DNA of 64,000 bases from an uncultured Acidobacteriota bacterium (lineage in GTDB: Bacteria; Acidobacteriota; Vicinamibacteria; Vicinamibacterales; Fen-181). The translations under genes were made by a program, and so were the position numbers. The notes beneath the pieces are model-generated. The model did no database searches. It worked only from the letters and a program-made list of their open reading frames with translations, and had not been told where the DNA came from. The first letter of the stretch is position 1; every line of letters begins with the position of its first letter. The stretch is from NCBI GenBank assembly GCA_963727765.1, contig CAVSGZ010000013.1, positions 88,491-152,490 on the forward strand, read 5' to 3'. Positions 57,224 through 64,000 of this stretch are shown piece by piece.

Positions 57224-58627
57224 CTATGCCGCGAAATCGGCCGTCAGCCGTTCCACGACGCGCTCGGTCCCTATCCCGCGCGATCCCTTCACCAGCACCA
57301 GGTCGCCCGGCTGCACCAGCGTGGCGGCGACCGCGGCGGCTTCGGCGCTCGTGCCGGCGTGCGTCACGGCCGACTCCGCCATGCCCCCGTCGATCGCGGC
57401 CCGTCCCATGCGGCGCGCCGGTTCCCCGCCCACCGTCAGCAGTCGCGTGATTCCCGCAGCCGCCGCGACCCGTCCGCAGGCCTCGTGCAGGGCGACGCCC
57501 TCCGGCCCGAGTTCGAGCATCTCGCCCAGCACCGCCACGCAGCGCGCGAACCGCCGCTCGCCGGCTATGACCGCGAGCGCCCCGCGCAGCGCGCTCGGGT
57601 TCGAGTTGTACGCGTCGTCGATCACGACGACGCCGCGGCCGAGACGGACGACGTCACCCCTGTGGGCCGACGCGCGCAGCCCGCGCGCCCGCTCGGCCAC
57701 CGCGTCGAGCGGAACGCCGAACTCCACCGCCACGGCGATGGCGGCCAGGACATTCCGCAGGTTCGCTTCCCCGAGCAGCGGCACCTCGATCCGCAGCGTC
57801 CCGCCCGCGGTCTCGATTCGCGCGGTCGTGCCGTCGATGCCGAGATCCTCGACGGCCGACGCCCTCACGGCCGCGCCTTCCGACGTGCCGAACGTCACGA
57901 CGCGGCCGGGAAACGTCTGCACGCGCGCCATCACGCGCGCGTCGTCCGCGTTGGCCACCAGCACCGTGTGCCTCGTGGCTCCGTCGAGCACCTCCGCCTT
58001 CGCGTCGGCGATCGCCTCGACCGACGGGAAGAACTCGAGGTGGACCTCGGCCACGTTCGTCCACACCCTCACGTCGGGCTCGGCGATGTCCACGAGCCGC
58101 CGGATTTCCCCGGCGTGGTTCATGCCCAACTCGACCACCGCCACCTCGGTCCGCTCGTCGAGTTCCAGCAGCGACAGCGGCAGGCCGATGTGGTTGTTCC
58201 TGTTGCCCGACGACCGCATCACCCGGTAGCGCAGCCCGAGAAACGCCGCCGTGACGTCCTTCGTTGTCGTCTTGCCCGCGCTGCCGGTGATCGCCACGAC
58301 GCGCGCCCCCGACTGGCGACGCACCCATTGGGCCAGCCGCTGCAGCGCCCTGGTCGTGTCGGGCACCACAACCAGCGCGCGGCCCGAAATCACTCCCGGA
58401 CTGAGCGTCGGCATCGGCTCGCCGATGACGGCGCCCGACGCTCCGGCCGCGAACGCGGCCTCCACGAACTCATGCCCGTCGAACCGATCGCCCCGGATCG
58501 CGATGAACAGATCCCCCGGTCTCAGCGTGCGCGTGTCGATCGAGACGCCCGGCACGACCGCTGCCGCCGACCCGGTCAAGAGCCGTCCGCCAACCGCGCC
58601 GATGAGGTCCCCGACCGTCCACCTCAT
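57224..58627 (-). CDS. murF: UDP-N-acetylmuramoyl-tripeptide--D-alanyl-D-alanine ligase
   Basis: 'ITGSAGKTTTKD', 'ELGMNHAGEI' and 'DDAYNSNP'. The ATG overlaps the murE stop (ATGA). Confidence 0.95.
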   Translation of the reverse strand: MRWTVGDLIGAVGGRLLTGSAAAVVPGVSIDTRTLRPGDLFIAIRGDRFDGHEFVEAAFAAGASGAVIGEPMPTLSPGVISGRALVVVPDTTRALQRLAQWVRRQSGARVVAITGSAGKTTTKDVTAAFLGLRYRVMRSSGNRNNHIGLPLSLLELDERTEVAVVELGMNHAGEIRRLVDIAEPDVRVWTNVAEVHLEFFPSVEAIADAKAEVLDGATRHTVLVANADDARVMARVQTFPGRVVTFGTSEGAAVRASAVEDLGIDGTTARIETAGGTLRIEVPLLGEANLRNVLAAIAVAVEFGVPLDAVAERARGLRASAHRGDVVRLGRGVVVIDDAYNSNPSALRGALAVIAGERRFARCVAVLGEMLELGPEGVALHEACGRVAAAAGITRLLTVGGEPARRMGRAAIDGGMAESAVTHAGTSAEAAAVAATLVQPGDLVLVKGSRGIGTERVVERLTADFAA

Positions 58628-60186
58628 CGCTGCGCGTCGTCTTGCCCGGCGCGTCGGCGCTCGAGCGCCTCCTGCGCCACGGCCACGTCGTCGAACGCGA
58701 TCTCGCGCTCCCCGATCACCTGGTACTGCTCGTGCCCCTTGCCGGCGATCACCACGACGTCGTCGGGCCGCGCCAGGCTGATGGCCCGGTTGATGGCAAG
58801 CTTGCGGTCGACGATCACGAGGTGAGGCGTCGGTGTTGGCGGCGTGTACTTCGGCTGGCCCTCGCGCGACTCGGACGGCCGCGTGCGCTCGGACGGCATC
58901 GCCACGCCGCGTTTGATCTCCTCGATGATCTCCGCCGGATCTTCGCCGCGCGGGTTGTCGGACGTGATGATCACGAGATCGCTGAGCCTGGCGGCGACCG
59001 CTCCCATCAGGGGCCGCTTGGTCCGATCGCGCTCGCCGCCGGCGCCGAAGACAGTGATCAGTCGCGCGGTCGCCAGCGGCCGGGCCGTTTCGAGCAGGTT
59101 CTTCAGCGCGTCGTCGGTGTGGGCGTAGTCGACCACGACCGTGACGTCGTCGCCCGGTCCCGACACGACCTGGAAGCGGCCGGGCACGCGGTCGAGCCCC
59201 GCCAACCCACGCGCGATCGCGGCGGTCGGCAGCCCGCAGGCCACGGCGGCGCCGATCGCGGCCAGCACGTTGTACACGTTCGGTCGGCCGACGAGCGGCG
59301 AACGAACCTCGATCGGCCCGGCTGGCGTGACGGCCTCGCAGGTGAACCCGCGAAGCGAGTAGGTGAGCGCCGAAGGATGGATGTCGGCCTGGCGGTCGAT
59401 GGCGTAGGTCAGCGTCCGACCCGCGAGGCCGGCCAGCGAGGCCCCGCGCGGATCGTCGATGTTGATCACCGCGGTGCCGTCCGGCCCCAGCATCTCGAAT
59501 AGACGGCGCTTGGCGGCGAAGTACGACTCCATGTCGCCGTGGAAGTCGAGGTGGTCGCGGGTGAGGTTCGTGAAGACACCGACGACGAAGCGCGTCTGGT
59601 CGACCCGGCGCTGCGACAGGGCGTGCGAGGAGACCTCCATGGCGCACGCGCCGCATCCGCGCGCGACCATCTCGCGCAGCATCTGCTGGACCTCCACCGA
59701 TTCCGGCGTCGTCCGCGTGGCGGGCCGCTCCTCGCCGCCGATCCGGTACACGATCGTGCCCAGCATGCCGCAGGGGATCCCGGCGGCCTCGAACAGCGCG
59801 TTCACCAGGTAAGACGTCGTCGTCTTGCCGTTGGTGCCGGTGATGCCGACCACCGTGAGGTCCCCGGACGGATGTTGGTAGAACGCCGCGGCGAGCCGCG
59901 CCATGGCCAGCCGAGCGTCCGGCACGACGACCCACGGCGCCGTCACCTCCGGAGGGCGCGGGCGCTCGGCCACCACCGCCAGCGCACCCCGGGCCAGCGC
60001 CTGCACCGCGAACTCGACGCCGTCGTGTCTCTGTCCTTTCAGCGCCACGAACAGCGATCCGGGGGCCACGCGGCGGGAGTCGTAGGCGATCGCCTTCACG
60101 CTGCGCCCTCCGAGCGACGGGTCGGCCGGCGCGTCGAAAGCGGGAGAGGCGTCGCCGAGCGAGGCGAGGAGGTCGGCCAGGGTCAT
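58624..60186 (-). CDS. murE: UDP-N-acetylmuramoyl-L-alanyl-D-glutamate--2,6-diaminopimelate ligase
   Basis: 'GITGTNGKTTTSYL', 'MEVSSHAL' and 'DYAHTDDAL', plus the DNPR motif 'SDNPRGEDP' typical of meso-DAP-adding MurE. Confidence 0.95.
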   Translation of the reverse strand: MTLADLLASLGDASPAFDAPADPSLGGRSVKAIAYDSRRVAPGSLFVALKGQRHDGVEFAVQALARGALAVVAERPRPPEVTAPWVVVPDARLAMARLAAAFYQHPSGDLTVVGITGTNGKTTTSYLVNALFEAAGIPCGMLGTIVYRIGGEERPATRTTPESVEVQQMLREMVARGCGACAMEVSSHALSQRRVDQTRFVVGVFTNLTRDHLDFHGDMESYFAAKRRLFEMLGPDGTAVINIDDPRGASLAGLAGRTLTYAIDRQADIHPSALTYSLRGFTCEAVTPAGPIEVRSPLVGRPNVYNVLAAIGAAVACGLPTAAIARGLAGLDRVPGRFQVVSGPGDDVTVVVDYAHTDDALKNLLETARPLATARLITVFGAGGERDRTKRPLMGAVAARLSDLVIITSDNPRGEDPAEIIEEIKRGVAMPSERTRPSESREGQPKYTPPTPTPHLVIVDRKLAINRAISLARPDDVVVIAGKGHEQYQVIGEREIAFDDVAVAQEALERRRAGQDDAQR

Positions 60187-62210
60187 GGGTGGATCCCCGC
60201 CACCGCACGGCCGAGCGCCAGGCGGCAGCCGCCGCCGGTCTCCAGCGCCGTGCCGGAGAGAGGATCCTGCTCGACCACGACACCCTCGCCGGCCACGCGC
60301 GGCGTGATCCCGAGCCGCGCGAGCAGGCGCAGCGCCTCGCGGCCGCTGAGCCCGCGCAACTCGGGCAGCACGACCTGGCCCGCCACCGATGAGTTCATCG
60401 CTGGCACGATGGCCAGCGGCGCGACCGGGCCCGCCACCTTGATCTCGCTGGCGGCGTCGTGGCGCGCGACCAGCACGGGCGGCGCGGGATCCACGTTCGG
60501 CATGATGCCGAGGTAGCGCAGCGCGGGCTCGGCGATGCGGCGGAAGATCGGCGCCGACACGGTGCCGCCGAACGGCGGGTTGGGTCCCCGCGGCGTGTCG
60601 ATGACGACGAGGATCGTGAGCGCCGGCTGGCGCGAGGGAACGAAGCCGACAAACGACACGTTGTAGTCGTGCTCGAGGTAGTGCCCGTTCAGGTTCTTGT
60701 TCGCCGTGCCGGTCTTTCCCGCCACCGTGAAGTCCGGGAGCGCCGCGAGCTTGCCGGTGCCCTGCGTGACGACGCCTTCCATGATCGCCGTCATTTCCGC
60801 CGCGGTCTCCGGGGACGTGACCCGGCGAATCACCTTGCGGGGCACGGGCACGCGCCCGTCGGCGTCGATCACGGCGCGGACGATCCGCGGCTGCACGAGC
60901 TCGCCGCCGTTGGCCACGGCGCTCGCCGCGGCGGCCATCTGGAGCGGCGTCACGCTCACCTGGTAACCCATCGACACCGACGCCAACGCGCTGTCGGTCC
61001 ACTGCGACGGCTGCCAGACGATCCCGGCACTCTCTCCCGGAAAATCCGGGGACAGCCTCGTCCCGAACCCGAAGCTCCTGACGTAGCGGCCGAGCCGCTC
61101 GGCGCCGAGGCGGAAACCGATCTTGATCGCGCCGACGTTGCTCGACTTCACGATCACATCGGTAAGACTGAGCGTCCCGTATGCGTGCCCCTCGGCTTCT
61201 CGCACAACGCGCTTGGGACCGACCGCAATCGACCCGCCCCCGGTATCGATGAGGTCAGTCGGCCGCATGACCTTCTCTTCGAGCGCGGCCGACGCGGTCA
61301 CGAGCTTGAAGGTCGAACCCGGCTCGTAGACGTCCTGCACGCCGCGGTTGCGCTGCTCGTCGGGCGTCGAGAGGCGGTACGAGTTGGGGTTGAACGTCGG
61401 GTAGCTCGCCAACGCCAGGATCTCGCCCGACGCGGGGTCCATCATCACGACCGCGCCGCCTGCGGCATGGTTCTCGAGGACGCCAGCCTCGAGCTCGCGC
61501 TCGGCGAGATGCTGCAGGAAGGCATCGATCGTCAGCTCCAGCGATGTGCCCGGCACGGGGTCCTGCCCCACCCGGCTGAACGCCTGCGGGCGCTTTCGGC
61601 CGTCGAGTTCGAGCAGCATCTGGCCAGGCGTTCCACGCAGCTTCGCGTCGTAGGTCGCCTCGAGGCCGGCGAGCCCCTTGTTCTCGGCCCCGACGTACCC
61701 GAGGACCGACGCGGCGAGCTCGCGGTTCGGATAGAAGCGCCCCGGCTCCTTCATGAAGTAGATCCCGTCGATCTTCAGCTCGGCCACGCGGCGGGCCGCG
61801 TCCGGATCGACGCGGTGCCTGACGAAGGCGAACGCGCTCTTGCGGCCGAGCGTCCTGACGAGCGCCGCGCGATCGGCCTCGTCGCAGTCGCCAAGGGCGC
61901 CGCAGATTCGAGAGGCCGCCGGCACCGGGTTCTGCACCTTGCCCGGGTTGGCGTACACCGTGTCGACATCGACGCTGTAGGCGAGCACGTGGCCGTGGCG
62001 GTCGAGCAGGTCACCCCGCCGCGCCGGCACTTCGAGGAGCCGGCTCCGCTGGCTCTCCGCGCGCATCTCGAGGTCGTGGCGCTGGTAGATCTGCAGGTTG
62101 ACGAGGCGGGCGAGGATGGCGAGCGCGCAGAGGCCGAACAGCGCGGCGACCACCGCCAGCCGGCGTCCGACGGTGCGTCTCCAACCAAGAGGATCGCGCG
62201 GCTCGACCAT
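60183..62210 (-). CDS. ftsI: Class B penicillin-binding protein (FtsI-type transpeptidase) with a C-terminal PASTA domain
   Basis: N-terminal TM helix and dimerisation domain, then the 'STFK', 'SSN' and 'KTGT' motifs and the C-terminal PASTA-like 'LPELRGLSGREALRLLARLGI'. Confidence 0.92.
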   Translation of the reverse strand: MVEPRDPLGWRRTVGRRLAVVAALFGLCALAILARLVNLQIYQRHDLEMRAESQRSRLLEVPARRGDLLDRHGHVLAYSVDVDTVYANPGKVQNPVPAASRICGALGDCDEADRAALVRTLGRKSAFAFVRHRVDPDAARRVAELKIDGIYFMKEPGRFYPNRELAASVLGYVGAENKGLAGLEATYDAKLRGTPGQMLLELDGRKRPQAFSRVGQDPVPGTSLELTIDAFLQHLAERELEAGVLENHAAGGAVVMMDPASGEILALASYPTFNPNSYRLSTPDEQRNRGVQDVYEPGSTFKLVTASAALEEKVMRPTDLIDTGGGSIAVGPKRVVREAEGHAYGTLSLTDVIVKSSNVGAIKIGFRLGAERLGRYVRSFGFGTRLSPDFPGESAGIVWQPSQWTDSALASVSMGYQVSVTPLQMAAAASAVANGGELVQPRIVRAVIDADGRVPVPRKVIRRVTSPETAAEMTAIMEGVVTQGTGKLAALPDFTVAGKTGTANKNLNGHYLEHDYNVSFVGFVPSRQPALTILVVIDTPRGPNPPFGGTVSAPIFRRIAEPALRYLGIMPNVDPAPPVLVARHDAASEIKVAGPVAPLAIVPAMNSSVAGQVVLPELRGLSGREALRLLARLGITPRVAGEGVVVEQDPLSGTALETGGGCRLALGRAVAGIHP

Positions 62211-62219
62211 GTCCGGTTC

Positions 62220-62621
62220 CTAGCGCAGGGCCACCACCGACGACGGCGGAGCCGGCGGCGGCACGAAGCGCTCAATCACAATGGCGTTGTCCCGTCCTGG
62301 GGCGACGAGATGAAGCTGGTTCGTCGCCAGCCACTCGATGTGGGCCGGCGATTGAAGCGATGCAATCTCCAGGCGCAGGCGACGGCCGATCTCGTCCTCT
62401 TCGGCGAGCGAACGCTTGATCTCCTCCAACCGGTAGCCGTGCGACACGGGCGCCGACCGCTGCCAGCCGTCGAAGAGCGCGGCCGCCAGCACGACCAGCC
62501 CGATCGCCAGCCAGCGCCGGAACTCGACATGCCGCGACCGGTCGACCTCGTGGACGACCTGCTGCGGCAACAGCACGGGGTCCATCTCGAACGCGGTCGT
62601 GGGACGAGCCCTGCCGTGCAT
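62220..62621 (-). CDS. ftsL: FtsL-like cell division protein
   Basis: A small bitopic protein (TM 'WLAIGLVVLAAALF' plus a coiled coil) in the canonical position between rsmH and ftsI. The start may be internal (62585). Confidence 0.75.
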   Translation of the reverse strand: MHGRARPTTAFEMDPVLLPQQVVHEVDRSRHVEFRRWLAIGLVVLAAALFDGWQRSAPVSHGYRLEEIKRSLAEEDEIGRRLRLEIASLQSPAHIEWLATNQLHLVAPGRDNAIVIERFVPPPAPPSSVVALR

Positions 62622-62649
62622 GTCGCTGATCCCTTCCGGAGAACCTGCC

Positions 62650-63537
62650 TCACTCCACCCGCTCGACGGCCCGGAGCTTCGCGCTCCGCGCGCGCGGGTT
62701 GGCCGCCACTTCCTCGTCGCTCGGCTGCGTCGCCCGCCGTCGCAGCAGCCGGAACGACGTCGCCTCGCTGGCGGCGAGACCGCGGAGCGAGTGCTTGACG
62801 ACGCGGTCCTCGAGCGAATGAAACGCCAGCACGACCAGCCGCCCGCCGGGCGCGAGGCGCCGGCAGGCCTGGTCGAGAAACCCGTCGAGCCCCTCCAGCT
62901 CGCCGTTCACCGCGATGCGGAGCGCCTGAAAGGTCCGCGTCGCCGGGTGAATCGGGCTGTATCCCCGGCGCGGCACCGCCTGCCGCACGATCGCGGCCAG
63001 CTGGCCCGTCGTCGACGCCGGACCCGTGCGCCGCGCCTCGACAATCGCACGCGCGATCCGCCGCGAGTACCGCTCCTCGCCGAACCGGTAGATCAGGTTC
63101 GCGAGGTCCTCCTCCGGCAGATCCGCGACCAGGTCGGCGGCGGTCGCGCCAGCCGATTGGTCCATGCGCATGTCGAGCGGCTCGTCCCGCTGAAAACTGA
63201 ACCCGCGCCCCTCGCCGTCGAACTGCAGGGAAGAGACACCGAGATCGACCAGGATGCCGTCGACGCCGCCGATGCCCCGCGCATCGAGCACGCGGTCGAT
63301 CTCGCGGTAGTTCGCCTGCACCAGCTCCACCTGGCTGCTCCACCGAGCCAGGCGCTCACGCGCGATGGAGAGCGCCTCGCCATCGCGGTCGATCCCGATC
63401 AGGCGACCCGCGCCCGCCTCGAGCACGGCCGCCGCGTGGCCGCCAAGGCCGAGCGTGCAATCGACGAACAGCCCTCCGCGCCCTGGAGCAAGGGCCTGCA
63501 CGACCTCGGCCCTCATCACCGGAACATGCTCGGGCAT
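62650..63537 (-). CDS. rsmH: 16S rRNA (cytosine1402-N4)-methyltransferase
   Basis: 'HVPVM', 'DCTLGLGGH', 'DLGVSSLQ' and 'ISFHSLEDR'-like 'LAFHSLEDRVVK'. Confidence 0.95.
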   Translation of the reverse strand: MPEHVPVMRAEVVQALAPGRGGLFVDCTLGLGGHAAAVLEAGAGRLIGIDRDGEALSIARERLARWSSQVELVQANYREIDRVLDARGIGGVDGILVDLGVSSLQFDGEGRGFSFQRDEPLDMRMDQSAGATAADLVADLPEEDLANLIYRFGEERYSRRIARAIVEARRTGPASTTGQLAAIVRQAVPRRGYSPIHPATRTFQALRIAVNGELEGLDGFLDQACRRLAPGGRLVVLAFHSLEDRVVKHSLRGLAASEATSFRLLRRRATQPSDEEVAANPRARSAKLRAVERVE

Positions 63538-63561
63538 GAGCGTCGCCGTCCCGACCCGCGG

Positions 63562-64000
63562 TTACGGACCTGCGGTCTTGGCGGACTGCCGCAACAGCCC
63601 CGCCAGGACGCGACGGTCGGCGTCGGTGAATGGCGCCGCAGCCAGGTCGGCCTTGAGCCGCTCGAGGTTCCAGACCTCGAGATGGTCGAAGCTGCCGACG
63701 ACGGCGACCTCGCCGGCCATGCCGGTCTGATCGCGCAGCCGCTGGTGGATGAGCACCCGACCCTGGTTGTCGATGTCCGCCACCTGGCCGAAGAAGCTGG
63801 TGTGTTTGAAGAAGCGATCCACTTCGGGATCGCGCACCAGCCCCTGGGCGCCGAGTTGTCGCTCGATTTCGGTCCAGACCGACATGGGGTACAGGCAGGC
63901 ACACACCCCGTCGAGGCTGGTCACGAAGAGCTCGCGGCCGTGCTGCTCCTCGATGGAAGCAAGGAAATCGCGCGGGATCTTCAGGCGGCTCTTTTCGTCG
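63562..64000 (-). CDS. mraZ: Transcriptional regulator MraZ; 5' end lies beyond the window
   Basis: The reading frame stays open to base 64000 ('DEKSRLKIPRDFLASIEEQHGRELFVTSLDG...'). A second SpoVT/AbrB-like repeat reads 'DNQGRVLIHQRLRD'. Confidence 0.9.
   Translation of the reverse strand, partial: DEKSRLKIPRDFLASIEEQHGRELFVTSLDGVCACLYPMSVWTEIERQLGAQGLVRDPEVDRFFKHTSFFGQVADIDNQGRVLIHQRLRDQTGMAGEVAVVGSFDHLEVWNLERLKADLAAAPFTDADRRVLAGLLRQSAKTAGP

Overview
High-GC (about 65-70%) bacterial chromosomal window. The gene content suggests an Acidobacteriota-like organism, but that cannot be verified from this sequence alone. Most of the window is housekeeping. It starts with a polyprenyl-lipid/glycosylation cluster (1-4383), followed by htpX, a GH27 alpha-galactosidase, an S9 peptidase, rlmI, rpiB, a DinG-like helicase, yggS, divIVA, hutI, lepB-lepA, a GT2 synthase, larB and mutS2-dnaG-rpoD. 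Next come TlpA/rhodanese-like, MFS and ABC-2 transporter genes, tRNA-Met(CAT), a Zn-ribbon protein and rnhA. After the accessory segment come pgeF-acpS, a B12-type radical SAM gene and a reverse-strand dcw cluster (mraZ rsmH ftsL ftsI murE murF murD ftsW murC ftsQ ftsA ftsZ) that lacks mraY, murG, murB and ddl. The stand-out region is an accessory segment of about 8.3 kb (37063-45370) between rnhA and pgeF. Its right-hand part has lower GC. It holds two tandem copies of an uncharacterised cassette: an ECF sigma factor (reverse strand), then a protein with a 13-Cys C-terminal tail, a secreted protein with a Gly/Ala-rich hydrophobic C-terminus, and a small polytopic membrane protein. Only copy A also has an anti-sigma factor and one further secreted protein. 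The sigma/Cys-rich 'head' of the two copies is nearly identical over 1.13 kb, while the secreted/membrane 'tail' is strongly diverged. A tRNA-Leu 3' fragment and short direct repeats mark the cassette ends. An inverted pair of a bipartite ECF-like promoter motif sits in each divergent intergenic region. At least nine otherwise conserved genes, including lepA and lepB, carry 1-nt frameshifts. These are most simply explained as sequencing or assembly indels, so pseudogene calls here are literal descriptions of the sequence, not biological claims. Many intergenic regions carry 7-, 8-, 20- or 40-nt periodic low-complexity repeats, including a G-quadruplex-type array between rlmI and rpiB. No CRISPR array, rRNA, transposase or integrase was found.
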